Positions 30,406 to 40,854 of a stretch of 64,000 nucleotides of DNA are shown here, in pieces. Under the pieces are notes generated by a model. The model had not been told where the DNA came from. It searched no databases and saw nothing but the letters and a program-made list of their open reading frames with translations. The position numbers and the translations under genes were made by a program. This stretch comes from an uncultured Actinomycetes bacterium (lineage in GTDB: Bacteria; Actinomycetota; Thermoleophilia; Gaiellales; Gaiellaceae), in the NCBI GenBank assembly GCA_963711545.1, contig CAVQEP010000014.1, positions 246,598-310,597 of the forward strand, read 5' to 3'. How positions within the stretch are numbered: position 1 is the stretch's first letter; every line of letters starts with the position of its first letter.

Positions 30406-31137
30406 CTACTCCAGGGCGCTGATCGCGAAGGCGAGCCCGAAGCCGAGTGTCGTGACGACGCCGACGAGCTTTCCCCCGTGCTCGAAGGCCTCCGGCATCA
30501 TCGTGTCGGCGAGCATCGTCAGAATCGCGCCCCCGGCGAATGAGAGCACGAACGCGATCGTTTCCTGGGAGGCCGAATCGAAGACCGCGAAGCCGAGCAG
30601 CGCGGCCAGACCGGACACCGCCGCGACCAGCGTCCAGAGGCCAATGATGCGGCGCGTAGCCCAGCCTGCTTGCGCCAGCCCGGTGCTGGCGGCGATCGCC
30701 TCGGGCACGTTCGAGAGCGCAACGGCGATGAGGAAGGCGGCGCTGACGCTTCCGCTGACGACGATGGTGAGCCCGAGCACGATCGACTCGGGGATGCCGT
30801 CCAGCACGATGCCGAGGACGATGGCGAGCGCGGAGCCCGCGGCCTGGCGGCCGCCCGAGTGCTTGCGGTCGGAGCCGCCCATTCGGTCAATGAGAGAGTC
30901 GCCTGCGAAGAAGGTCAGGGACCCGGCACAAAGGCCTAGGGCGACGGCTCCTTTCCCGCCGGCCTTGTTGAACGCTTCCTCGACGAGCTCGAAGGCGACT
31001 GCGCTGATCAGGACACCGCTCCCGAAGGCCATGACCATGCCGAGCGCCCGCTCTCCCACCGGGTAACGGAGTGCAAAGGCCCCGCCGACGATCAGGGTCG
31101 AGGCGGCGATAAAGCCCCAAGCGAACGAAGCCAGCAT
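30406..31137 (-). CDS. ZIP family metal transporter
   Basis: 243-aa polytopic ORF. IVLDGIPESIVLG and LSNVPEA signature helices. Confidence 0.88.
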   Translation of the reverse strand: MLASFAWGFIAASTLIVGGAFALRYPVGERALGMVMAFGSGVLISAVAFELVEEAFNKAGGKGAVALGLCAGSLTFFAGDSLIDRMGGSDRKHSGGRQAAGSALAIVLGIVLDGIPESIVLGLTIVVSGSVSAAFLIAVALSNVPEAIAASTGLAQAGWATRRIIGLWTLVAAVSGLAALLGFAVFDSASQETIAFVLSFAGGAILTMLADTMMPEAFEHGGKLVGVVTTLGFGLAFAISALE

Positions 31138-31234
31138 CGCTCCGAATCATCAACGCTCTGCTCCTACGGTGCCAGCTGGAATACTCCTCGGGATGGCACG
31201 TGAGGCGGATTGGCCGGCGCCGGCCACACCTTGA

Positions 31235-31498
31235 GTGCAGTCGGGGTCGAGGAAGATCAGGTTCCCCACTGAGTTCACCGTGCTCGCCGCCGTCCTGCTG
31301 TTCGTCTGGATCGCATCGTTCTTTGTCCCGGCCAACCCGTCGGCGGCGATCTCTCGCCTCGCGCTCGCGGTTGGAGCGTTCATCATGGTGACGATGAAGA
31401 CGGGCGCGATCCAGCCCGGGATCGGTCGTCTCGCTGCGCCCTGGCCGCCTTCATCGTCGTCTGCGCGTTTCGTCGGCATCGCCGCCGCGACCGGTTGA
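31235..31498 (+). pseudogene. Remnant of a second YfcC-family transporter gene upstream of arcA
   Basis: FPTEFTVLAAVLLFVWIASFFVPA resembles LPSAYTILFALIVLAAIATWIIPAG of the intact paralog. GAFIMVTMKTGAIQPGIGRL resembles GGFLGVTMKTGAIEAGIGKL. About 65 intervening codons and about 370 C-terminal codons are missing. Confidence 0.6.
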
Positions 31499-31517
31499 GC
31501 ATGAAAGGAGAGAACGC

Positions 31518-32750
31518 ATGAGCACCGCCACCGACACCGTTCTGGGAACACATTCCGAGGTCGGAAAGCTGCGCATGGTGATGGTGCATCGGCCCGACCT
31601 TGCGCACGAACGCCTCTCGCCGAGCAACTGCCACGAGCTGCTCTTCGACGACGTCATCTGGGTGCGGCGGGCGCGGCAGGAGTTCGACGCCTTCGTCGAC
31701 CTGATGCGCGAGCGTGGCACCGAGGTCCTGCTCCTGCACGAGCTGCTCGCGCAGACGCTCGAGGACGCCGAGGCGCGCGAGTGGCTGCTCTCGCGGCGAG
31801 TCCGCCCTGAAGAGGTGACGGTGATGTTCACCGAACCGCTTAAGGACTGGCTGACCGAGATGCCGGCCGAGGAACTGGCGACCCGCCTGACCGGCGGGAT
31901 CACCGTGCTCGAGCTCCCCGACGAGATCAAGTCTGCGATTGGGCCTGCACTCGGCCCGACGGACTTCGTGCTGCCGCCGCTGCCGAACCAGCTCTTCACC
32001 AGAGACACGAGCGCGTGGCTCTACGGCGGGGTCAGCCTCAACCCGATGTTCTGGCCGGCCCGGCAGCTGGAGACGCTCAACGTCGAGGCGATCTACCGCT
32101 TCCACCCGCGCTTCCGGGAGGCGGACTTCCAGATCTGGTTTGGCGGCGCCGACCACGACTGGGGCACCGCGCGCATGGAGGGCGGCGACATGATGCCCGT
32201 CGGCGACGGCGTCGTCCTGATCGGCATGGGCGAGCGCAGCACGGCGAAGGCGGTCAGCATCCTCGCGCGCACCATGTTCGAGGCCGGCGCGGCGCGCCTT
32301 GTGATCGGGGCGCAGATGCCGCGCGATCGGGCGGCCATGCACCTCGACACGGTCTTCACGTTTTGCGACCACGACATCGCGACGCTCTACGAGCCGGTCG
32401 TCTCGCAGATCCGGCCGATCCTGTTCCGGCCCGGCGGCCCGGCCGGCGTGCAGGCGGAGGTGTCGGAGCGCGCCTTCCTCGACGAGGTGAAGGACGCGCT
32501 CGGCCTCGAGCGGCTGAAGGTCGTCCCGACCGCGGGCGACGAGTTCGAGGCGGAGCGCACGCAGTGGGACGACGGCAACAATGTCGTGGCGCTCGAGCCC
32601 GGCGTCGTCGTTGCGTATGAGCGCAACGAGGCGACCAACGCGAAGCTCGCCAAGGCAGGAATCGAGGTTCTCACAATTGCTGGGCAGGAGCTCGGCCGCG
32701 GACGCGGCGGTGGCCACTGCATGACCTGCCCGATCGTCCGGGAGGCCTGA
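31518..32750 (+). CDS. arcA: Arginine deiminase
   Basis: 410 aa. [19 protein letters not shown], and C-terminal [11 protein letters not shown] (catalytic Cys). AAGGAGAG RBS. Confidence 0.95.
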   Translation: MSTATDTVLGTHSEVGKLRMVMVHRPDLAHERLSPSNCHELLFDDVIWVRRARQEFDAFVDLMRERGTEVLLLHELLAQTLEDAEAREWLLSRRVRPEEVTVMFTEPLKDWLTEMPAEELATRLTGGITVLELPDEIKSAIGPALGPTDFVLPPLPNQLFTRDTSAWLYGGVSLNPMFWPARQLETLNVEAIYRFHPRFREADFQIWFGGADHDWGTARMEGGDMMPVGDGVVLIGMGERSTAKAVSILARTMFEAGAARLVIGAQMPRDRAAMHLDTVFTFCDHDIATLYEPVVSQIRPILFRPGGPAGVQAEVSERAFLDEVKDALGLERLKVVPTAGDEFEAERTQWDDGNNVVALEPGVVVAYERNEATNAKLAKAGIEVLTIAGQELGRGRGGGHCMTCPIVREA

Positions 32751-32766
32751 GGAAAGGAGCCGAATC

Positions 32767-33774
32767 ATGAGCACCGTTGTCGACCTACGAGGCAAGCATC
32801 TGCTGAAGCTGGCCGACTTCAGCCCCGAGGAGATCACCTACCTGATCGAGCTCGCGGCGGAGCTGAAGGCGGCCAAGAAGGAGGGTCGGGAAGAACAGAA
32901 ACTCGTCGGTAAGGAGATCGCACTGATCTTCGAGAAGGACTCGACCAGGACGCGATGCGCGTTCGAGGTCGCTGCCTACGACCAGGGCGCCCACGTCACC
33001 TTCATCGGGCCTTCCGGCTCGCACATGGGACACAAGGAGACCGTGAAGGACACCGCGCGGGTGCTCGGCCGCATGTACGACGCGATCGAATACCGCGGCT
33101 TCGGGCAGGAAACGGCCCAGGAGCTCGCGCGCTGGTCCGGCGTCCCGATCTACAACGGGCTGACCGACGAGTGGCACCCGACCCAGATCCTGGCCGACTT
33201 CCTCACCTTCAGGGAGCACATCTCCAAGCCGCTCAACGAGGTCGTCTTTTGCTACCTCGGCGACGCGCGGTTCAACATGGCGGACTCCTACCTGATCGGC
33301 GGGGCGAAGCTCGGGATGGACGTCCGCGTCGCCAGCCCGAAGTCGCTCTGGCCGCGGGACGAGATCGTCGATCTGGCGCGCTCCATCGCGGGCGAGACCG
33401 GCGCGCAGATCACGATCACCGAGGACGTCGCCGAGGCCGTGCGCGGCTGTGACGTACTGCTGACCGACGTCTGGGTCTCGATGGGCGAGCCGGACGAGGT
33501 CTGGGCCGAGCGAATCGACCTCCTGAGGCCGTACCAGGTGAACGCCGAGACGATGGCCGCGACCGGCAATCCGGACGCGATGTTCATGCACTGCCTGCCG
33601 GCCTTCCACAACACGGAGACCCAGGTCGGCAAGGAGATCTTCGAGAAGTTTGGGATGGACTCCCTTGAAGTAACCGAGGAGGTCTTCGAGTCCCCGGCGT
33701 CGCTCGTCTTCGACGAGGCCGAAAATCGGCTGCACACGATCAAGGCCGTGATGGTCGCGACTCTCGGGAGCTGA
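32767..33774 (+). CDS. arcB: Ornithine carbamoyltransferase (catabolic context)
   Basis: 335 aa. [26 protein letters not shown]. Confidence 0.95.
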   Translation: MSTVVDLRGKHLLKLADFSPEEITYLIELAAELKAAKKEGREEQKLVGKEIALIFEKDSTRTRCAFEVAAYDQGAHVTFIGPSGSHMGHKETVKDTARVLGRMYDAIEYRGFGQETAQELARWSGVPIYNGLTDEWHPTQILADFLTFREHISKPLNEVVFCYLGDARFNMADSYLIGGAKLGMDVRVASPKSLWPRDEIVDLARSIAGETGAQITITEDVAEAVRGCDVLLTDVWVSMGEPDEVWAERIDLLRPYQVNAETMAATGNPDAMFMHCLPAFHNTETQVGKEIFEKFGMDSLEVTEEVFESPASLVFDEAENRLHTIKAVMVATLGS

Positions 33775-33776
33775 CC

Positions 33777-34730
33777 ATGCGCGTCGTTGCCGCACTGGGC
33801 GGGAACGCCCTGCTTCGGCGGGGGGAGCCGCTGACGGCCGAGAACCAGCGTGCCAACGCGCGTGTGGCGTGCAAGGCACTCGCTCCCGTGGCGCTCGAGC
33901 ACGAGCTCGTCATCTCGCACGGCAACGGGCCGCAGGTCGGCTTGCTCGCCCTGCAGGGCTCCGCCTACACCGAGGTCGAACCGTATCCCCTCGATCTGCT
34001 CGGCGCTCAGACCGAGGGCATGATCGGCTACCTGATTCAGCAAGAGCTCGGGAACGAGCTTCCCTTCGAGAAGCGGCTCGCCTCGCTGTTGACCCTGATC
34101 GAGGTCGATTACGAGGATCCCGCGTTCCAGGATCCGACGAAGCCGATCGGCCCGATCTACGAGAAAGCCGAGGCCGACCGGCTTGCAGAGGCTAAAGGCT
34201 GGGACTTCAAGCCCGACGGGGATAGCTTCCGCCGCGTCGTGCCATCACCGCTGCCGCAGCGGATCTTCGGGATCGAGCCGGTCGAGTGGCTGCTCGAGCA
34301 CGGCGCAGTGGTCATCTGTGCGGGAGGCGGCGGGATTCCGGTCATGTACACGAACGCACCGGCGACCGCAGGGCGCCAGCTCGTGGGCGTCGAGGCCGTG
34401 ATCGACAAGGACCTCGCGAGTGCGCTTCTCGCCAGGGATCTTCATGCCGACGCGCTCCTGATCATGACCGACGTCGACGCCGTCTACGCCGACTGGGGCA
34501 CGCCCGAGCAGCGCGCGATCCGGCGGGCGACCCCGGACGCGCTCGCCGCGACGGAGTTCGCGGCCGGATCGATGGGGCCGAAGGTGCGGGCCGCCTGCTC
34601 GTTCGTCGAGGAAACGGGCGGCCTGGCCGCGATCGGCTCCATCTCCGACACGGCGGCGCTGCTCCGCGGCGACGCTGGTACGACCGTCACGCTCGACGCA
34701 TCCGGGCTCGAGGTCGGGGCGCTGCACTGA
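33777..34730 (+). CDS. arcC: Carbamate kinase
   Basis: 317 aa. [29 protein letters not shown], and DKDLASA motifs. Confidence 0.95.
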   Translation: MRVVAALGGNALLRRGEPLTAENQRANARVACKALAPVALEHELVISHGNGPQVGLLALQGSAYTEVEPYPLDLLGAQTEGMIGYLIQQELGNELPFEKRLASLLTLIEVDYEDPAFQDPTKPIGPIYEKAEADRLAEAKGWDFKPDGDSFRRVVPSPLPQRIFGIEPVEWLLEHGAVVICAGGGGIPVMYTNAPATAGRQLVGVEAVIDKDLASALLARDLHADALLIMTDVDAVYADWGTPEQRAIRRATPDALAATEFAAGSMGPKVRAACSFVEETGGLAAIGSISDTAALLRGDAGTTVTLDASGLEVGALH

Positions 34731-34774
34731 GCGAACGAGGGGCTGCGAAGGAACCCACGGAAGGAGACCGCGAC

Positions 34775-37573
34775 ATGGCGACGGCAGAAGAAGCACCCGC
34801 TGCGACCGACGGGCTGGGGGATGCGCGGTCGGTTGCATGGCACACGCTCGCGCCCGACGACGTCGGCGGCCGCCTGGGCGTCGACCCTGGGAGCGGCCTC
34901 TCGGCCGCCGAAGTCTCGTCGCGGCGGGCCTCGGTCGGCCCCAACAAGTTCGCGGAGGTGGCGGTCGAGCCGCGCTGGCGCGCGTTCGTACGCCAGTACC
35001 GCGACCCGATGCAGATCGTGCTGCTCGTCGCGGGGATCGGCAGCCTCTACCCGCTGAAGGAGCTCGGCACCGGCCTCGTCCTGCTCTTCCTGACGCTGTT
35101 CAACGCCGTGCTCGGCCTGCGCCAAGAGGGGAAGGCGGCCGAGGCGGTCGCGGCGCTACAGAAGATGATGATCGTAAAGGCGCGTGTGCGCCGCGACGGC
35201 GAGCTCGTCCAGATCCCGGCCGAAGAGCTGGTGCCCGGCGACGTCGTCTCGATCGAGGCGGGAGACGTCGTGCCGGCCGACGGCCGCCTGCTGTCGGCGG
35301 CGACGCTCGAGGTTGCGGAGTCGGCGCTGACCGGCGAGAGCATGCCGGTCTCAAAGGGCGTGGACGCGGTCGAGTCAGCCGAGACGCCGCTCGGTGACCG
35401 AACGGACATGGTCTACATGAACACGAACGTGACGCGGGGCGCGGGCGCGTTCATCGTCACCTCGACCGGGATGTCGACGGAGGTCGGGCACATCTCGCAC
35501 ATGCTCCAGACGACCGAGGACGCGGAGACGCCGCTCACGGTCCAACTCAAGAAGCTGACCAACCAGATCTTGTTCATCGCGGGCGGCGCGGTCGCACTCT
35601 CGATCATCCTCAACCTGTCGCGCGACCAGAGCTTCGACACCGTCTTCACGGCGGCGATCGCCTTCGCGATCTCCGCGATACCGACAGGGCTTCCCGCGGT
35701 CGTGACGACGATCCTCTCGTACGGGACGCAGATGCTCGCGAAGGCGAACGCGATCATGAAGCGGCTCCGGTCGACCGAGACGCTCGGCTCGACGTCGGCG
35801 ATCAACTCGGACAAGACCGGGACGCTCACGCTCAACCAGATGACCGCCGTCGAGCTGACCATCCCCGGCCGCCGCTACACGATCTCGGGCGGGGGCTACT
35901 CGACCGAGGGGACGATCAAGCACGTCTTCGGCCCGCCGGAGGTGCCGCTCGAACAGTTCCTGCTGCCGATGGCCCTCTGCGCCGACGCCGTCGTCAAGGA
36001 CGGCGGCCTGGTCGGCGACCCGACCGAGGGGGCGCTCGTAGTACTCGCGGAGAAGGGCGGCCTCGATGCGGCCGGGACGCGGCAGGACTACCCACGCGTC
36101 GCGGAGCTCCCGTTCGACTCCGCGTACAAGCTGATGGCCACCTTCCACCGGATGCGCGATGAGAACGGCCGCGATGTCGTCCGCGCCTTCGTCAAGGGCG
36201 CGCCCGACCAGTTGCTCGCCCGGGCGGCGTCGCGACCCGACCCGGACGACCTGTCGATCGTCCCCGCGGACGACGCGTTCAAGCAGCGCTACATGGACGA
36301 GAACGAGCGGCTCGCGAGCCAGGGCCTGCGCGTGCTGGCGACCGGACGCAAGGACTTCGACCCCGACGAGTTCGATCCGTCGGCAGATCTCCTCCCGCTC
36401 CTGGACGGCCTGACCGTGCTCGCCGTCGTCGGGATCGTCGACCCGCCGCGGCCGACGGCGAAGACGGCGATCGAGACCGCGCACGCAGCAGGGATCCGCG
36501 TACGGATGATCACCGGCGACCACGCCGTCACGGCCGCGGCCATCGCCAAGGAGCTCGGCATCCCCGGCAAGGCGATCACCGGCGCCGAGTTCCAGGCCAT
36601 GTCCGACGACGAGCTCGACACCGCGATCGACGACATCGGCGTGATCGCGCGCGTAGCACCCGAGGACAAGGTCCGCCTCGTTAGCTCGCTGAAGCGCAAG
36701 GGCCAGATCGTCGCGATGACCGGGGACGGCGTCAACGACGCGCCGGCCCTCAAGAGCGCCGACATCGGCATCGCGATGGGCATCACCGGCACGGAAGTCT
36801 CGAAAGAGGCGGCGACGATGATCCTCACCGACGACAACTTCGCGACGATCGTCAAGGCGGTCGAGCTCGGCCGCGGCCTCTACGACAACCTGACGAAGTA
36901 CATCCGCTTCCAGATGGGCGTACTGGTCGGCTTCATCGTCACGTTCCTCGGCGCGAGCATCTTCAACATCGTGGGCGGCGTCCCGTTCGTCCCGCTCCAG
37001 ACCCTCTACATCAACTTCACCACGCAGGTGCTCCAGGCGATCGGCCTCGGCTACGGCCGGCCGGCCGAGGGCCTGATGAAGCGCAAGCCGCGTCCCTCCG
37101 ACGAGCAGATCCTGCCGCGACCACTCCTGATCTGGGTCTGCATCGCGGGCCTTGTCCTCGGCGGGGCCACGCTCGGCGTGATCGGGTGGGCGGACGACCA
37201 CTATGGGAGCAGCGCGATCGCGCGCACGATGGGGATGACGACGTTCGCGATCAGCAACGTGGTCTTCTCCCTGGCCACGCGCGACGAGCGGCGCTCGATC
37301 TTCTCGCTCGATGTGCTCGAAGACCGGATGTTCCTAATGTGCACCGGCGGCTCCTTGGCGGCGATCCTGTTCGGCACCGAGCTTCGGGTCTTCCAGCGGA
37401 TCCTCGGCACCGTCCATCTCGACCTCCATCAGTGGCTCGTCTGCATCGTGGTCGGGCTCGCGATCGTGCCGGTCTCCGAGGCGAGACGGCTCCTGCTCCA
37501 GCGGCGCGGCTCCGCGGCGGGCCCGACAGAGGAGCCACCTGAGGGCGTGCCGGCGGTGAGCCCCTCTCTGTGA
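34775..37573 (+). CDS. P2-type cation-translocating P-type ATPase (Ca2+/Mg2+-ATPase-like)
   Basis: ATG at 34775 with AAGGAG 8 nt upstream. The track ORF start at 34286 overlaps arcC and is rejected. TGES, DKTGTLT, and TGDGVNDAPAL motifs. Confidence 0.9.
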   Translation: MATAEEAPAATDGLGDARSVAWHTLAPDDVGGRLGVDPGSGLSAAEVSSRRASVGPNKFAEVAVEPRWRAFVRQYRDPMQIVLLVAGIGSLYPLKELGTGLVLLFLTLFNAVLGLRQEGKAAEAVAALQKMMIVKARVRRDGELVQIPAEELVPGDVVSIEAGDVVPADGRLLSAATLEVAESALTGESMPVSKGVDAVESAETPLGDRTDMVYMNTNVTRGAGAFIVTSTGMSTEVGHISHMLQTTEDAETPLTVQLKKLTNQILFIAGGAVALSIILNLSRDQSFDTVFTAAIAFAISAIPTGLPAVVTTILSYGTQMLAKANAIMKRLRSTETLGSTSAINSDKTGTLTLNQMTAVELTIPGRRYTISGGGYSTEGTIKHVFGPPEVPLEQFLLPMALCADAVVKDGGLVGDPTEGALVVLAEKGGLDAAGTRQDYPRVAELPFDSAYKLMATFHRMRDENGRDVVRAFVKGAPDQLLARAASRPDPDDLSIVPADDAFKQRYMDENERLASQGLRVLATGRKDFDPDEFDPSADLLPLLDGLTVLAVVGIVDPPRPTAKTAIETAHAAGIRVRMITGDHAVTAAAIAKELGIPGKAITGAEFQAMSDDELDTAIDDIGVIARVAPEDKVRLVSSLKRKGQIVAMTGDGVNDAPALKSADIGIAMGITGTEVSKEAATMILTDDNFATIVKAVELGRGLYDNLTKYIRFQMGVLVGFIVTFLGASIFNIVGGVPFVPLQTLYINFTTQVLQAIGLGYGRPAEGLMKRKPRPSDEQILPRPLLIWVCIAGLVLGGATLGVIGWADDHYGSSAIARTMGMTTFAISNVVFSLATRDERRSIFSLDVLEDRMFLMCTGGSLAAILFGTELRVFQRILGTVHLDLHQWLVCIVVGLAIVPVSEARRLLLQRRGSAAGPTEEPPEGVPAVSPSL

Positions 37574-37589
37574 CGACGATGGCGGTGCC

Positions 37590-39131
37590 GTGACGGTGGG
37601 CGCCGACCAGGAACGAGGCCAACGACCGCCGACCCTGCTCGACGCGATCCTCCCCGTGGTTGTGCTGATCGCGCTGATCGCGCTTACGATTGTTCTCTTC
37701 GGCGTCAGCGCCACGGACGGGCCTCTGCAGGTCGCGCTGCTGCTCAGCGCGGCCTTCGCGAGCCTGATGGCGCTCAAGAACGGGTACACGTCCGCTGCGG
37801 TCGCCGACGCCGCGATCGGCGGCGTGACGACGGCGATGAGCGCGATCTTCATCCTGCTTGCGGTCGGCGCGCTGATCGGGACCTGGAACATGGCCGGCAC
37901 GATCCCGACCGTCGTCGATTACGGCGTGCGGCTGCTCAACCCGACCATCTTCTACCTAACGACCGCGGCGATCTGCGCCGTCGTCGGGATGGTGACCGGG
38001 AGCTCGTGGACGACGGCGGGAACCCTCGGCGTCGCCTTCGTCGGGATGTCCAAGGTCATGGGCCTCTCGGAGGCGACGGCCGCTGGTGCGGTTATCTGCG
38101 GCGCCTACTTCGGCGACAAGATGACGCCGCTCTCCGAGACGACCATCCTGGTGCCGAAGCTGGTGGGCCGCGGCCTCACCACCGGCCAGCACATCCGGAA
38201 CATGTTCTGGACCGCAGGCCCCGCACTCGGCATCAGCCTGCTCATCTTTCTCGTCCTCGGACTGACCGCCGAGCCGAAGGGTGGCGTGAGCACGGACGCC
38301 GCGCTCGACGTGCTGGAGCACGAGTTCAACATCACTGTTCTGAACCTGCTGCCGCTCGCGCTGCTGGTCGTCTTCACCGTCAAGAAGGTGCCGCCCTTTC
38401 TGGCCATTCTGGGATCGGCGTTATTCGCCGGCATCCTCGCCTGCTTCACGCAGTGGACCGTGGTGAAGGCGTTCGTGGACGAACCGGGCCGCAGCGCCGT
38501 CGGAATCGCCATCAAGGGGGTCTACGCGGCGATGGCGACCGGCTTCGTGAGCAAGAGCGGCAACGCCGCGATCGACACGCTTTTCTCACGCGGCGGAATG
38601 GCGAGCCTGCTCACGACCATCTGGCTCGTCCTCGCGGCGCTGTCGTTCGCGGCGATCATGGAACATGCCGGCTTCCTCGAGCGCCTGCTCCGGCCGGTCG
38701 TCGCGCACACCCCGACCCGCGGACGGCTGATCGCCGCGGTCAACGGGAGTGGCATCGGCCTGAACGTGATCGCCGGCGACCAGTACGTCGCCGACGTCCT
38801 CCCGGCTCGGATGTTCCGGACGGAGTTCGAGCGGCGCGGCCTCGCGCCGCAGGTGCTCTCGCGCGCGGTCGAGGACTCCGGCACCGTCACGTCGGTGCTC
38901 GTCCCCTGGAATACGTGCGGCGCATACATCTCCGGTGTGCTCGGCGTGTCGACGGCCTCCTACTTCCCGTACTGCTTCTTCAACTTCCTGAGCCCGATCC
39001 TCGATGTCATCTACGGGTTCCTCGGTTTCAAGGTCCCCGTGGTCACGACCGCAGCGCATGCGCCAGACGTCGAGGAGCCCCGCGAGGCCGAAGGAGCCCG
39101 GACGGCGCCCGAGAGCGGACCCTCAGGCTGA
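37590..39131 (+). CDS. nhaC: NhaC family Na+/H+ antiporter
   Basis: 513-aa polytopic ORF with overall family resemblance. GTG start 17 nt after the ATPase stop. Confidence 0.85.
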   Translation: MTVGADQERGQRPPTLLDAILPVVVLIALIALTIVLFGVSATDGPLQVALLLSAAFASLMALKNGYTSAAVADAAIGGVTTAMSAIFILLAVGALIGTWNMAGTIPTVVDYGVRLLNPTIFYLTTAAICAVVGMVTGSSWTTAGTLGVAFVGMSKVMGLSEATAAGAVICGAYFGDKMTPLSETTILVPKLVGRGLTTGQHIRNMFWTAGPALGISLLIFLVLGLTAEPKGGVSTDAALDVLEHEFNITVLNLLPLALLVVFTVKKVPPFLAILGSALFAGILACFTQWTVVKAFVDEPGRSAVGIAIKGVYAAMATGFVSKSGNAAIDTLFSRGGMASLLTTIWLVLAALSFAAIMEHAGFLERLLRPVVAHTPTRGRLIAAVNGSGIGLNVIAGDQYVADVLPARMFRTEFERRGLAPQVLSRAVEDSGTVTSVLVPWNTCGAYISGVLGVSTASYFPYCFFNFLSPILDVIYGFLGFKVPVVTTAAHAPDVEEPREAEGARTAPESGPSG

Positions 39132-39186
39132 GTAATGGGCTGAGGATCCATACTTCATCAGGAGCGACTTGGGCGACGAAGAGGCC

Positions 39187-39963
39187 TCACGTGTCGGAGA
39201 TGCTCGAGCCGTAGACGTAGGCGGAGTTCACGAGAGCACCGGAGCCCGCTGAGTGGGCGGCCCACATTGGTGAGGAGGCGCTCGTTCCTCCCACGGTCCA
39301 CCAACCCTGCTGTCCCTGGTAGCGGGTTGAGTCGTACACGGACAGGCCGGAGGCGGGATCGGCGTCGAGCGGGACATCTGGTGTGTCGCGCGTGCCGTTG
39401 CAGTTGACGGAGCCTGTGTTCTGCGCGGAAGGCTTAGGTTCGTACGCGCTGCAGGTGCCGCGTGAACCGCTCCAGCCCGTCTCGCTCTGGAACGAGCCGC
39501 CGCTGAAATTGAGCCTTGTACCCCCGACGGAGATCACATTGGGCGAAGCCGACGGGTACTGCGCCGGCAGCCCCGAGTCGCCGGAGGAGGCGAAGAAGCT
39601 AACGCCGGTCTGTGAAAAGTGGGAGTCGTAAGCCGACTCGCCGCTGAACTCGGAGGAGCCCCAGCGGTTCGAGACGTACTGCGCGTGCGTCTTGGCGTAG
39701 TCCTCGGCCGCGAGGAGGTTCGCGAAGCTGTTCGAGTAGGCCTCGACAAGCAAAATCTTCGCTCCGGGCGCAATGGCGTGCGCCCATTGGACGTCGAGGG
39801 AGATCTCGGGCGCCCAGCCAGGGTCCTTGCGCGGATAGGAGGTTCCTCCGCGCTGGCTCACCTTCTGGAAGCACCCGTTCGCCGTGGTGCAGGAGGGCAG
39901 GCCGTATTGGCTGGAGAAGACGGCGAGGTCGCTCTCGGCCGTCGGATCGTCGGTGACGCGAGC
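39187..39963 (-). pseudogene. S53 (sedolisin/kumamolisin-type) peptidase, N-terminally truncated
   Basis: The catalytic-domain core is present: EISLDVQWAHAIAPGA (Glu/Asp), SSGDSG, and GGTSASSP (Ser). The frame is open upstream only to a TGA at about 39964. A YTPTTL-like mature-N-terminus motif lies in another frame just upstream. There is no signal peptide, prodomain or start codon for a full-length protein. Confidence 0.6.
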
Positions 39964-40065
39964 TCAAGCGGCGCTCCGGGCGCTACCAACGTCGTCGGAG
40001 TGTAGTCCCGAACTTGCCGAACGCCATCCCTCGAAGGTGGGGGTGGGTGCTTGCCCCGGAGCCCG

Positions 40066-40749
40066 CTAGCGCGACGTCAAGAACCAGCGGCAGACGCCCG
40101 CTTTCGTGTGACGTTCGACCTTGCCTTGAAGCTGGAGAGAGCGAAGCTTGGTGCCGATCCGCTGCGGGAGATTCCGAATGGTTGCTGCTCGCTCGCCGAG
40201 TAGCTCTCGCCCGACCTCTGCGGCGGTGGCTCCGCTATCGCCGCCCAATCGATCCAGAGCCCCGAGGAGCGCTTCTTCCGTGATCGCAGCGATCGCAGAC
40301 GGCTTCGGGCTCTCCGCCGACACTGGGACCGCGGCTGGCTCGGCCGGGGCCCCCTCGTATCCGGCGATCGCCGGCCCGACGATCCGCCAGCCACTTTGGA
40401 CGAGGTCGTCGACGAGCTCGGCGAGCGCCGCTGTTGCCGCGGGCTGCTCATTCACCGGAGCTCTCCTTCGCCGAAGCGTCCATGTACGGAACATGGGTGA
40501 GCACAGAATGGCCGCGCCAGGGTCAGACACATAGGCGTAGAACTGTCCCATGACGTACCCCTGCCAGAAGCCGACCCGGCACTCGGGTCGGTCGCTGGCT
40601 TCACTGAGTGGTCCCTCTTCGCGGCGCATCCGAATTCGCTGGAGGCGGTAGCCAAGAGCCGGTGCCCGAGCGCCGCAGTCTCTCAGGCGGCCGATCTCCT
40701 CGAGCCGCCAGGCGCAGATGACGCTCTCACAGCAGAACCGCGGAAACAA
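40066..40749 (-). CDS. Hypothetical protein with C-terminal winged-helix-like domain
   Basis: 227-aa ORF with noticeably more A/T-ending codons than its neighbours. N-terminal ECRVGFWQGYVMGQFYA motif region, Ala/Pro linker, and a C-terminal GATAAEVGRELL....IGTKLRSLQLQGKVER wHTH-like segment. Alternative ATG start at 40629. Confidence 0.5.
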   Translation of the reverse strand: MFPRFCCESVICAWRLEEIGRLRDCGARAPALGYRLQRIRMRREEGPLSEASDRPECRVGFWQGYVMGQFYAYVSDPGAAILCSPMFRTWTLRRRRAPVNEQPAATAALAELVDDLVQSGWRIVGPAIAGYEGAPAEPAAVPVSAESPKPSAIAAITEEALLGALDRLGGDSGATAAEVGRELLGERAATIRNLPQRIGTKLRSLQLQGKVERHTKAGVCRWFLTSR

Positions 40750-40854
40750 CTAGTCCTTCTGTCAGGTTTGTTCGCGCCGCACCTTGCTCCGGGCCAGGGT
40801 CGCGAGATGCGTTACGTTCTTGACAGTGGCCAGCGGCATTTGGGCAAATAGCGC

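Noticed and set aside
34286-34774. N-terminal extension of the P-type ATPase ORF (track start 34286)
   Set aside because: It overlaps arcC in another frame and is Arg-rich with no homology. A well-placed AAGGAG plus ATG at 34775 begins the conserved ATPase N-terminus.
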